A DNA stretch of 64,000 nucleotides from a virus (taxonomy: Duplodnaviria > Heunggongvirae > Uroviricota > Caudoviricetes): the IMG/VR virus record IMGVR_UViG_3300048998_000119, positions 13,214 to 77,213 of that record. One strand, written 5' to 3'. A program made the translations under genes and the position numbers. Shown piece by piece: positions 18,683 to 27,581 of this stretch (within the stretch, counting starts at the first letter, position 1; every line of letters begins with the position of its first letter). Under the pieces are notes generated by a model. That model had not been told where the DNA came from. It worked only from the letters and a program-made list of their open reading frames with translations, and ran no database searches.

Positions 18683-19113
18683 GAGAACACCTCTTTAAGA
18701 AGCGCGCCGATGTTGTCGTGGATGTAAATCCAGAAGATAACTCCCGCGATCTCGTGAGGTATGCCCCACTCACCCAAGTTTTCCGCGTCGAGTCGTTCTT
18801 CGACGAGCTTGTCCATCTTCTTGTCGAGCAGGACCGCCTGCGTGTGGGTCAGCTGCGGAAAAAGCTCCCGCATGCGTGTGACACGTTTCTCGATTCCCGC
18901 GACGTCCGGATCAATACTTGGCATCGCGAATCCTCCGAGCAATCTCTCTGAACGACTCACGGTCATCGTTGCGGCTGGCGAGGTAATCAGCTTCTTCTTG
19001 ACTAATCTTGAAAAAGTCACGCACGGCTTGAGGCGGCATCGCGTAATTGTGTTTGTTATACATATAACGTCGTTCTTGATCGGCGTGCCAACCTTCAGGT
19101 TGGAAAAGGTCAC
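18679..19113 (-). CDS. hypothetical protein (144 aa; possibly MazG-like helical fold)
   Basis: ORF track; weak EIAGVIFWIYIHDNIG similarity only. Confidence 0.3.
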   Translation of the reverse strand: MTFSNLKVGTPIKNDVICITNTITRCRLKPCVTFSRLVKKKLITSPAATMTVSRSERLLGGFAMPSIDPDVAGIEKRVTRMRELFPQLTHTQAVLLDKKMDKLVEERLDAENLGEWGIPHEIAGVIFWIYIHDNIGALLKEVFS

Positions 19114-19237
19114 AAGCCACCCCCAGGCAACAGAAGCCCTCTTCTGTCCTCAGCGAGCCTTGTGCCTGCTTGTACTCACCTGACTCAAGGGCGCTCGCCC
19201 ACGCCTCTCTCCTCTCGGAGAAGCTTCCATTCAGCAT
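18911..19237 (-). CDS. ALRSGEYKQ/CCLGV family small protein, paralog C (start trimmed)
   Basis: WASALESGEYKQ, FCCLGVACDL, FREIARRIR. Confidence 0.45.
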   Translation of the reverse strand: MLNGSFSERREAWASALESGEYKQAQGSLRTEEGFCCLGVACDLFQPEGWHADQERRYMYNKHNYAMPPQAVRDFFKISQEEADYLASRNDDRESFREIARRIRDAKY

Positions 19238-19685
19238 AGACGTTGATAAATTCTTTTCTACGACTTTGGGCGTAGCGGACGGTCGCGCCGGTGCCGCTGT
19301 GAGAGTAGCCATTAAAGTTGACCAGAAGCTTTTGAGAGTCATCGACTATAGCCTTATTTCTGAGGAGTGTAAGTTTGTCGTCGTACTTCTCGCCAAACAC
19401 ACGTTCGACTTCGGCGTGGTCGCGCAGAGACGCCCAACGGAACCTGCTCTGCTTCGGCCAAGCATTTGCCTGATCCTCGTAGGGAATGTAGCAACCATAA
19501 GGTATACCCAACTCCCAGCAAGCTGTGGCGCACGCCTGATCCCAGCCCAACGCCATTCCTTGAATAACCGCCTTGGGTGTAATTTCTTTCAGATGAATCT
19601 TAGCCACCTCCACCAGAAGCTGGAAGGCCTCTTCCGAGTAACCTCCCAGATCCGGTGGACGATGACCGCTTACGCCCAGAATCAT
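19185..19685 (-). CDS. YpsA-like SLOG domain protein (DUF1273-like)
   Basis: N-terminus MILGVSGHRPPDLGGY...QGMALGWDQACATACWELGIPYGCYIPYE resembles YpsA/DUF1273. Confidence 0.5.
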   Translation of the reverse strand: MILGVSGHRPPDLGGYSEEAFQLLVEVAKIHLKEITPKAVIQGMALGWDQACATACWELGIPYGCYIPYEDQANAWPKQSRFRWASLRDHAEVERVFGEKYDDKLTLLRNKAIVDDSQKLLVNFNGYSHSGTGATVRYAQSRRKEFINVYAEWKLLREERGVGERP

Positions 19686-20077
19686 ACCGGAAAAGGATTC
19701 TTATCTGGATAGACAACACCGTTTACGCCAGTATGCCAGAAGAGCGCTTCGCAGTAAGCCTCTCTCGCCATAACCAGTGTCCAGCAGCCTCCCGGCGAAA
19801 CGTCCACAATCTTGTGCATCGCGCGGGCGTCACGATAAAGCGACTCACCTTCACGATTGATCTGCACATCTTCAATATACAAACCGGATCGATCTGAACG
19901 CGCCCATCGCTCTTCGACGTACCAGCCTTTCAGAATATGACTGTGGAAGTCCCACGGATGACTATGCGGGTCGGAGTGGTCACGATCCTTCAGATGATGT
20001 ATAACCGGAGAGAAGGGCCAAGGTCCCTCCCCCAAGTGATACTTCGTGAAGTGTGGACCCATTTCTTCAACACGCAT
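19682..20077 (-). CDS. His-rich hypothetical protein (131 aa)
   Basis: HSDPHSHPWDFHSHIL cluster suggests metal binding. Confidence 0.4.
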   Translation of the reverse strand: MRVEEMGPHFTKYHLGEGPWPFSPVIHHLKDRDHSDPHSHPWDFHSHILKGWYVEERWARSDRSGLYIEDVQINREGESLYRDARAMHKIVDVSPGGCWTLVMAREAYCEALFWHTGVNGVVYPDKNPFPV

Positions 20078-20553
20078 CAGCCGAAAGTCTTCTGCATGAC
20101 GACCTGGACCTTGTTGTCCGTGCTGTCGAGCCGAACCTGATACACGTCGCGATCGAGTGCGTTGATCACCGCCAGCGCGTTCTCGATGTCGGCGACCGAG
20201 GGATCCACCTGAACGAGATTCTCGACGCGTGCGTTCTTGTACTTGCGCGGCGGCTTCTTTTCGGTCAGCGGACGTTCCAAATCGATGATGAACACGTTGT
20301 CTGAAGTCTCAGTGGCCTCATACTCTGTCTTTCCCCATTGTTCACCGGAAAGCGTCGACGCGATCAGTGCCTGACAAGGCAGATCCGCATTGCTGTGCTC
20401 GCCGGTGCCCAGCGTCACTGCGCCTCCTCGACGAACGTAAACGGTGCGGTTATGAACATTAACGTCGAAATGAGTACCATACTTTTCGCGGAATGCCTTG
20501 CTCGTGTAGAGAAGCAGACCGCTGGTGGTGTTGCTGATTGCGAACTTGGTCAT
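20077..20553 (-). CDS. hypothetical protein (~158 aa, start at MTKFAIS)
   Basis: AAGGAAA RBS; 1-nt spacer from upstream stop. Confidence 0.4.
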   Translation of the reverse strand: MTKFAISNTTSGLLLYTSKAFREKYGTHFDVNVHNRTVYVRRGGAVTLGTGEHSNADLPCQALIASTLSGEQWGKTEYEATETSDNVFIIDLERPLTEKKPPRKYKNARVENLVQVDPSVADIENALAVINALDRDVYQVRLDSTDNKVQVVMQKTFG

Positions 20554-20554
20554 G

Positions 20555-21334
20555 TCATTTCCTTTTGATTTTGAGCGTTGCGATCGAAGATATTTTTGGA
20601 CTGTCTCCTGAAGCTGTGGAGACAGGCATTGTTGGGGCGGTTGGAGATTTAAGCTGCGGACTCTTTCTGATTTGAAGCGGCTTATCTTCGCTCCCCGACG
20701 TCTCTTTGGGCTTCCCAATGATCAATCCTTTCGTGGAAAGTTTCTTTGGTGGTTCATAAGGAGTCCAGTTAGGCTTACGTCCGGGTTCAGTGTAAGTAGC
20801 TCCCGGAAGTTTTTCTGCAGCATAGTAACGTCGATAGCCGACGACGGCGTCTTCTGTGGACGGTCCGACATAGTAGGCATCTCTGTTTGGCCCATAGGCT
20901 TGCGCCGGAGCGGTCCAGTTGCGCCACGCGAACAACTCAAGCCAAGGCTTCATTTGAGCCACGGCTCGTCGTCCGTTTCTGAACTTCAAAACATCCTTGT
21001 TTCTGTGTCTGAAGTCGTATTGCCGAATGATTTCCTCCAGATGGAGAACAAGCCATTCGACGTTACCCAAGCCTTCGGTCAACCAGATACCGCAGGGGTG
21101 CTTCGGATTCTGGACACCAACCCAAGGATCGGGAGCGTGCAGCGCGTCGTCTTCCGGATCAAGTTGATTCAACTCAAAGCCACTGACGAGTTCCTCACTC
21201 GACAACGGGCCGTGATACTGCATCGCCCAACCGGACAACAACTGCGTGGATTCATTTATCTGTGAACGACAGTGGACGTCGTGCAGCCATTTCGCCGCCT
21301 GAACGGGATCCCTGTCCAGGAAGAAAATGTTCAC
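20555..21334 (-). CDS. hypothetical protein (259 aa), basic Pro-rich C-terminus
   Basis: ORF track. Confidence 0.45.
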   Translation of the reverse strand: MNIFFLDRDPVQAAKWLHDVHCRSQINESTQLLSGWAMQYHGPLSSEELVSGFELNQLDPEDDALHAPDPWVGVQNPKHPCGIWLTEGLGNVEWLVLHLEEIIRQYDFRHRNKDVLKFRNGRRAVAQMKPWLELFAWRNWTAPAQAYGPNRDAYYVGPSTEDAVVGYRRYYAAEKLPGATYTEPGRKPNWTPYEPPKKLSTKGLIIGKPKETSGSEDKPLQIRKSPQLKSPTAPTMPVSTASGDSPKISSIATLKIKRK

Positions 21335-21716
21335 GCGTTGAGTTGCTCCACGATGATGTTGAACGCGCCCTTCACAATGGCATAATCAGTGCTGGCGTAT
21401 CCGATGGAAGTGTTGTCGCTGTTATCTGGATCCGGACTGAGCCACTCGATGCTGTCGATATTGATAGCTAGGGGTTGCAAGGTTTTTGCGTCGATGTACA
21501 TACGAAACTTAGGCATGGTTGAAGTGTCCCATCACAATTATGAGATTGACGACGAAGAGAACGGCGGCGACAATGAACCACGGCGTGTCTTCCTCACGAT
21601 AGAAGACGAAGAGGCAAACAGCGGTCATCAGCAACGCGATGTAATTCAGAATGATCATGTCAACTCCAAAATTATTGCCCCCAGACATCCGTTAGGACAT
21701 CCAGGGGCAGTTCGAC

Positions 21717-22340
21717 TTACTTCTTCTTCGGGGTCGCGACCTTCACGGGTGCGGCTTCCTCGACTTCAGGTTCGGCCTCAGTGGTCTGAGCGGCAGCCTT
21801 GGCGGCAGCCTTCTCAGCCTGATAGCGCGCGAGACCTTCCTTGGCCTTCGGGTTCAGAGCGCGCTTGACGCGACCTGCCTCGTAAGCTTCCAGAATCGCG
21901 GTCTTGTTCTCGATCACGAAGTCGGCGACGTCCGCGTTGCCGTCTGCGAGCGTGGTGAGCTCGGTCTTGACGACAGCCGTCTTCTCGTCGGCGTCCATAC
22001 GCGTGACCTTCGGCCAGCGGAAGGTATCCAGGATCGCGGCGGCGTTGTCGGCCACGAACTTGAACTTCGGCTCGTTGGCGTCAGAGATAGCCTTGAGCGC
22101 CTTTTCGAGCTGGTTCTTCTCGCTCTTGCTCACACGCTTGATCGTACCTGCCTCGAAAGCATCCTCGATCTGCGTGCGGTTGTCGATGAGCCACGTCACC
22201 AGTTCCGCGTTGTCGTCGATGAGACCATTCAGCGCCTCGGTGATAACCGGACGACGCATGTGGTCCATAGCCTCAGCCTTCGAGTCGAAGGTCTGGCCAT
22301 CGGGAGTGCGGTATACTTGGTTCAGTTCCATGTCAGCCAT
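21717..22340 (-). CDS. hypothetical protein with internal duplication, Ala/Lys-rich tail
   Basis: two copies of LIDNRTQIEDAFEAGTIKR / VIENKTAILEAYEAGRVKR. Confidence 0.45.
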   Translation of the reverse strand: MADMELNQVYRTPDGQTFDSKAEAMDHMRRPVITEALNGLIDDNAELVTWLIDNRTQIEDAFEAGTIKRVSKSEKNQLEKALKAISDANEPKFKFVADNAAAILDTFRWPKVTRMDADEKTAVVKTELTTLADGNADVADFVIENKTAILEAYEAGRVKRALNPKAKEGLARYQAEKAAAKAAAQTTEAEPEVEEAAPVKVATPKKK

Positions 22341-22355
22341 GTGATTTCTCTCTTG

Positions 22356-22388
22356 ATAAAAAGCTCGTCTCCACCCGGAGACGGCGTG
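22356..22388 (-). terminator. putative rho-independent terminator (CGTCTCC-gggt-GGAGACG + TTTTTAT on minus strand)
   Basis: read on minus strand directly upstream of gene 21717..22340. Confidence 0.45.
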
Positions 22389-22559
22389 ATTGGGTCGTTG
22401 GAAATAAGGGTTAATAAAACGGGGTCCGGTCTGAGTGCTCGCGTCGTGGTCGCCGTTACAAAGTTCCCGTTTGGGCCAACGCGAGTGCGTCGGGCGGGGC
22501 GGCGGAGGACGCGAGTGACCGGGGTCCGGGCGGCACACCGGACAGCATAATCATATCAG

Positions 22560-22823
22560 TTACTTCCGATCATGTTGCGGACGAGGACGTGACTTTTCGA
22601 TCACCTTGATCACGTCGTCGACCACGTGATTGTCCTTGGGCCATACACCCGACCAGACCTTGAACGCCTTGGTCCGATCGCCGTTTTCGTAGTTCAGATG
22701 ACCCTTGTCGTAGACGGCCACACGATTTTCTTTGATGACGAAGCAGCGAGTGGCTCCCAGATCCTGCGTGAGAAACTTGACGGGGCCGTTGTAACGATCG
22801 CTGAAACCGATGTACTTGTTCAC
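22560..22823 (-). CDS. hypothetical protein (87 aa)
   Basis: ORF track. Confidence 0.4.
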   Translation of the reverse strand: MNKYIGFSDRYNGPVKFLTQDLGATRCFVIKENRVAVYDKGHLNYENGDRTKAFKVWSGVWPKDNHVVDDVIKVIEKSRPRPQHDRK

Positions 22824-23008
22824 TTTACTTCACCTTCAATGAGATCGAGTTCACTGGTCTTCTTTTCGTAGTAGTGGCCCTCCCGAGTGAACTTCTCGAG
22901 TTTGCCCTTTTCGTTCTTGGCCGTCAGAGGAAATTTGCCGTGTAAGTTATGAAGCACGATCGTGAACAGCTTGCCTTTGCCGTTCTTGTAAGACTTGTTG
23001 GGAAGAAA
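22820..23008 (-). CDS. hypothetical basic protein (~62 aa, start at MFLPN)
   Basis: ORF track, trimmed. Confidence 0.3.
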   Translation of the reverse strand, partial: FLPNKSYKNGKGKLFTIVLHNLHGKFPLTAKNEKGKLEKFTREGHYYEKKTSELDLIEGEVK

Positions 23009-23171
23009 CATAACTAACCTCAGAGGTCGAGTACACCCTGCGCCCATCGCGGTGTAATTTGTTTGTCGATAATCTTGTCGTAGTATTCTTGCATCTTCTC
23101 CGGATCAATGTGTTCCACATCGAACTGATCTCTGTATGCACGTCGCAGAGCTGAACGTTGTTGGTCTCGCG

Positions 23172-23468
23172 TCACAGCTTCTCGTCGATCCAATCAGCGA
23201 TTTCGGCGAAAGTTTTACCTTGAGCGTCATTCATATTGACGCAGGTGTTGACGGCCGAACCTTCTAATTCAGCCGGACCGTAAACATCAGTGTGAACATA
23301 CGTGCCGCTTCTGTCGGTGAACACACTTGGTTCCACAATTTCGGCCAAAACACCGAGACAGCAATGACTGACCGGAGAGTCGGTGATGTTTCGCAGCATG
23401 AACTTCGTTTGTGTGTACTCACCTGAACGGAGTGCGGCCGTCCACTTTTCTTTGATTTCTTTGTTCAT
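23172..23468 (-). CDS. ALRSGEYTQ/CCLGVL family small protein, paralog D
   Basis: WTAALRSGEYTQ, HCCLGVLAEIVEP, FAEIADWIDE. Confidence 0.5.
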   Translation of the reverse strand: MNKEIKEKWTAALRSGEYTQTKFMLRNITDSPVSHCCLGVLAEIVEPSVFTDRSGTYVHTDVYGPAELEGSAVNTCVNMNDAQGKTFAEIADWIDEKL

Positions 23469-23471
23469 TTC

Positions 23472-24443
23472 TTATTCCTCGAAGATGGTGTCGATGAGGA
23501 CGGCGAGATAGGTGCTGTCGATGCGCTGATTGGCGTCTCGATTCTGCAGAGCAGTGATGAGCTGATGCATGTACGCCACATCGACGCCCATTAGCTGTTC
23601 CTTCAACTGCACCGGATCCTCGAAATTGATGTCGCTGACTTGCCGCATCATCTTGAGAACCTGACCGGCGCTGATCCGCCAACCACGTTTGATGAACTTG
23701 CGCATGCGTAGAACAGAAGCCAGAGGATACAGACTACCGCTGTACACTAGTGTCTTGGACAGCAAACACTCCATCATTTCCGGAGTGATGATGACCTTGT
23801 CCGACGCATAGTCGTAGACGCCGGTGCAGTGCAGATAGTCGTAGTTCTTGTGGATCTGATCTGCTTCACCGTAGAACCGAATAATGATCTGCGTGCGATC
23901 CGTCAGCGTGATGGCGTTGTCCGTCATGAACACTGGCTTGTACTTGTGAGTCGGCGTCTTAACTTCATCCACCAAATCGATGATCTGATCCATGTCGTCC
24001 GACGAGGCCGAGAGTGAAGACACGAAGTCTTCCGTGGCTTGATCCGGTTGGGCCTCGAAGTACTTATACGCTTCCTGATCCACACCGGCCGTGCCCGCCG
24101 ACTTCATATAAATCAGCACACGATCTTCACTCTCGCCCGCCAGATTCAAGCGAGATTCAACTTTGACGGCGGGTTTGTACTCCACGGTGTCGGTGCCCGT
24201 CTTGGCCTGATTGAACTTCTGAACGTAGTACTCAGCCACCCGCTTAGTCATTTCGAGCGACTTGAAGTAGACGTCGTAGTCGTTGACCTTCTCGCCGAGC
24301 ATCATACTGCACACAGCGCCTCCCGTCACGAGCACCTCGTCCTTGATGTCGTGAGCCAGCGTGGGATCGTCGATAGACGCGATGAACTTGTTGAGCTTGT
24401 CGCGAATGAGCTTGCGAATAGTCCTGCGATGAAAACCTGACAT
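23472..24443 (-). CDS. tRNA nucleotidyltransferase / poly(A) polymerase family (PolyA_pol head domain) protein
   Basis: LVTGGAVCSMMLGEKVNDYDVYF matches the hhGGAVRDxLLGxxxxDhD head; FMTDNAITL resembles the RDFTINA motif. Confidence 0.6.
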   Translation of the reverse strand: MSGFHRRTIRKLIRDKLNKFIASIDDPTLAHDIKDEVLVTGGAVCSMMLGEKVNDYDVYFKSLEMTKRVAEYYVQKFNQAKTGTDTVEYKPAVKVESRLNLAGESEDRVLIYMKSAGTAGVDQEAYKYFEAQPDQATEDFVSSLSASSDDMDQIIDLVDEVKTPTHKYKPVFMTDNAITLTDRTQIIIRFYGEADQIHKNYDYLHCTGVYDYASDKVIITPEMMECLLSKTLVYSGSLYPLASVLRMRKFIKRGWRISAGQVLKMMRQVSDINFEDPVQLKEQLMGVDVAYMHQLITALQNRDANQRIDSTYLAVLIDTIFEE

Positions 24444-24457
24444 TTAGTTATCCTAAC

Positions 24458-25018
24458 TTAGTTGTTGACGATGCGGAATTCATCAGCGTAAACGGCAAAA
24501 CCGCGAGTGGCGAAAGATGACTGAAGCGACTCCAGCAGCTTGGCCTGCTTCGCCTCGGTCAACTCAGGATCGAGCGCGAGCGCGTTGATTTTCTGAATGC
24601 GCTCCTCGACCTGCGCGGCTTCCCTCTTGAGTCGTTCGGCGTGCTCCTCGTTGTTCTTGAGCAGCTTGGCGAGATTTAGCAGCACCGAGTTGTGCTCCAC
24701 AACCGTGGCTTCGTTCTGGATACCGCTGAGGGTCATTTTCTGAGTCGTCATTTTAAAGCTCCAATTGAGTTCGCGAATGAAATTCATCGCTTCGTTGTAA
24801 TCACTATCTGAGAAAGGCACTGTGCCCATCCAGTATAACTCTGCTTTGAAGAGTCCTTTTGTGGCGTTGACGTAGACTTCACCATCTTTCCAAACGCCGT
24901 CCCAATGACCGTTGATCACCCAGAAATTGATGCCGCCGTCCGGGTTCATTCCCTTGTTGCGGCACCAAAGGCTCAGCCGACCATCTTGGCCGAGCGCGAA
25001 CTGGTCAGGTAGGTACAT
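24458..25018 (-). CDS. hypothetical protein (186 aa), coiled-coil C-terminus
   Basis: ORF track; overlaps rSAM gene stop. Confidence 0.45.
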   Translation of the reverse strand: MYLPDQFALGQDGRLSLWCRNKGMNPDGGINFWVINGHWDGVWKDGEVYVNATKGLFKAELYWMGTVPFSDSDYNEAMNFIRELNWSFKMTTQKMTLSGIQNEATVVEHNSVLLNLAKLLKNNEEHAERLKREAAQVEERIQKINALALDPELTEAKQAKLLESLQSSFATRGFAVYADEFRIVNN

Positions 25019-25997
25019 GCACCTGTTCCAGACCGTGGCCTACACTGGGTTTCGCCTTGTCCGGGTTCTCCTTCATCCAGTCTTGAACGAACCACAGCTG
25101 GCCACATCCGCCCCCGATTGTATCCTGACCGGCCGGATCGAAGACACGCGTGTCGTATCCACGTTCGGCGAGTTTGTTGGCGAAATCGGTGGCCAGATCA
25201 CGCTGATGTTGATTACGGGCGGGCAGACCGTCGTTACGCTCACAGATCACAGAAATGGTGGCGTTAAAGGTGAAGTGATCATACAGATCAACAATCCGAT
25301 CTGCGTCTTCATCCGAGCTATTGCCGTCGTGGGCACAGTAGTTGAAGAACGGCTTGCGTCCGTCGCCGAGATTGTCCTTCCAGTCTTCGCCCTTCAGCGA
25401 CATTTCTTCCAGCGTCCATTTGGCCTTGAAGGGAACGAGCTTATCTCGCGCCTCATCGGTGCTCTCATGGACGGAGAACTGAAGGCCGATCGCGGGAATG
25501 TCACGACTGACCTGGATGAGCTCTTCCCACTGACCGTCGCTGATGCGTGGACCGCTGGTGCTGATGAGCAGACGTGCGTGTGGATACAGACGATAAAGCG
25601 CACGCATCGCAGGAATGAGCGCTTTCAGATTGAGAAGCGGCTCGCCCATGCTCATGAACATGATCTGCAATTTCTGCATTTGCTTTGCTCGACGCACGGC
25701 GGCAAAACCCAAAGAAGCTTCATCATTGGGAGTATCCGCCTCGCAAGAGGCAAGGATTGAATGACGAACCTGATCAACGATCTCTTCAGCCGTCAGGTTA
25801 CGAACGAAGTAGTCGCCCGCTCCGCAGAACCTGCAGCCGACCGGACACCCGCTCTGCGTCGAGCAGCAAATGACCGTTCGTTCTTCGTACGTCGGATACT
25901 TGTAGAGCACCGATTCGACCACCGCGTCCTTCTTGGTGAAGACGAACTTGGCGACGTTCTCGGCTGCGTCGTCGACGCGCTTGATGTTATCCCACAT
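25005..25997 (-). CDS. radical SAM enzyme of the RlmN/Cfr methyltransferase family, lacking the N-terminal accessory domain
   Basis: CCSTQSGCPVGCRFCGAG (resolving Cys + Cx3Cx2C), MSMGEPLLN, LISTSGP, C-terminal GGGCGQLW matching the RlmN mCys355 region. Confidence 0.65.
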   Translation of the reverse strand: MWDNIKRVDDAAENVAKFVFTKKDAVVESVLYKYPTYEERTVICCSTQSGCPVGCRFCGAGDYFVRNLTAEEIVDQVRHSILASCEADTPNDEASLGFAAVRRAKQMQKLQIMFMSMGEPLLNLKALIPAMRALYRLYPHARLLISTSGPRISDGQWEELIQVSRDIPAIGLQFSVHESTDEARDKLVPFKAKWTLEEMSLKGEDWKDNLGDGRKPFFNYCAHDGNSSDEDADRIVDLYDHFTFNATISVICERNDGLPARNQHQRDLATDFANKLAERGYDTRVFDPAGQDTIGGGCGQLWFVQDWMKENPDKAKPSVGHGLEQVHVPT

Positions 25998-26394
25998 TGG
26001 AATATCCTTTTTTAGTCATTGCGGTTTCGACACGCTCAGACCAGTCTTTGATCTTCAACAGCATCTTGGGATTGTCTCTGCAATAGAACATCAAATTCAT
26101 GACGCCTTTCCAGAGCAGATCTGTGGACGGAACAGAGCGTTCGAGTAACCAGTCACGCCACGCCTCACACTTCTTGTGCACAACGATGGCGAGTGGCTCA
26201 GTCCGCACTTGCGCGCGAGACCGTGCCCTTACACTCGCTCGGTAACCTTCGTCATTGGCATATCTGACACGTTGACGCTTACTGTCGCACTCCTTACAGT
26301 ATGAGCCTACATCCATTACGTTAGTTCGGCTCTTGTAGAATTTATCCAGCGGTAAGTTATGGCCGCAATCGATACACCGTTTTGTTTGCGGCAT
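25987..26394 (-). CDS. zinc-ribbon protein (135 aa)
   Basis: CIDCGHN...CKECDS, KKCEAW. Confidence 0.4.
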   Translation of the reverse strand: MPQTKRCIDCGHNLPLDKFYKSRTNVMDVGSYCKECDSKRQRVRYANDEGYRASVRARSRAQVRTEPLAIVVHKKCEAWRDWLLERSVPSTDLLWKGVMNLMFYCRDNPKMLLKIKDWSERVETAMTKKGYSNVG

Positions 26395-26395
26395 A

Positions 26396-26602
26396 CTACT
26401 TGCTAAACTCTTCTAATGCGTGAGTTATGGCTGAAAAGCCAAACACACAAATCATTACAAGAGAGACACCTAGCACGTCGGGCGTCAACCCTTTATTGCA
26501 CGCAGAGAGTGGTTCACCCGCCATCTGAAACATGACGAGGGTGCAGGCGACGGCCATAACTAGACATGCCCACAGTGAAATAAAGCGCATGAGAGGAATC
26601 AT
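26396..26602 (-). CDS. small membrane protein (68 aa)
   Basis: two TM helices. Confidence 0.4.
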   Translation of the reverse strand: MIPLMRFISLWACLVMAVACTLVMFQMAGEPLSACNKGLTPDVLGVSLVMICVFGFSAITHALEEFSK

Positions 26603-26681
26603 AAAATTTCCTTATTGCCCGCTGCGGGTTTTGGACACAACCTTTTTACGCTGAATCTGTATCTTCAGCGGAGTGCGCTTC

Positions 26682-27581
26682 TTAAAGGTCGATTTTGTCT
26701 CGCCAACCGATGGCTCGGGCGTGACGTGGATCATCCTTGACACCGTGCGCGAAGATACGGAACTTAAGAAGCTTGCCTTTGTAGAAATCCCGTGCATTCC
26801 AAATCTCCTTCAATTCGTCGTGGGTGAATTTACCCGGCGCGACGTTGATGATCTTTCCGTTCCAAAGAACCTTGAACTTACCCAGCATGCCCACGCCGAC
26901 TTTGTTGTCTTTGTGGGAGGATCGCTTGGCGTAACCGCGTTCGTCGGTTGTCTTCTCATTGTTATTCTGCATACGCTCGACGAAGTCAACCACTTCACCT
27001 TCGGCGTCCAGAAAACGCTTCAGCTTGTAGATGATACCTTCGTTGATTGTGGCGCGGCCCTCTTTGTAACGGCCCCACGGCGTACGCAGCATCACACCTT
27101 CGTAACCCAGATCAAGCTTCTCCTGCTCAAACTTTAGCACCTCTTCGATATTCTCGAGAGGTGTTTGTTCAACCAGTTTATACATGTCTGGATCAAGGCC
27201 GTTATGCAGCTTCGCCAGAGCGTCCAGCCGCTTCTCGTAGAACTCTTCGCGGAGCTCCGGCAGAGGATAGTCGAACAGATTGAAGGTGATGCTGCCTGGT
27301 TTATCCGCCGACATAACATGAGAGTTGGTGCGATTGTAGACGTTAAAGTCCGTCACACAACCTTCTATGAATTCACCGTCTAGCCACGGCTCGTGGTTGA
27401 ATTCTTCCTGAACCTGTTCGGAGGGAAGCTCTTTCCACGTACGAGACATGACACGATTGTCTGGACCGATTACACCGCGAATGCCATCGAGTTTGGGTGA
27501 GCCAAGCAAAGGAAACTGTAGCTTCTCCCAGTATTTGGGATAACCTGTGGGTACTTCGCTCGGCGCTAGAAGGACTCTCAT
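26682..27581 (-). CDS. ATP-dependent DNA ligase (minimal, Chlorella-virus/T7-like size)
   Basis: motif I SPKLDGIRG, motif IV EGVMLR, motif V LKR...; 299 aa. Confidence 0.75.
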   Translation of the reverse strand: MRVLLAPSEVPTGYPKYWEKLQFPLLGSPKLDGIRGVIGPDNRVMSRTWKELPSEQVQEEFNHEPWLDGEFIEGCVTDFNVYNRTNSHVMSADKPGSITFNLFDYPLPELREEFYEKRLDALAKLHNGLDPDMYKLVEQTPLENIEEVLKFEQEKLDLGYEGVMLRTPWGRYKEGRATINEGIIYKLKRFLDAEGEVVDFVERMQNNNEKTTDERGYAKRSSHKDNKVGVGMLGKFKVLWNGKIINVAPGKFTHDELKEIWNARDFYKGKLLKFRIFAHGVKDDPRHARAIGWRDKIDL

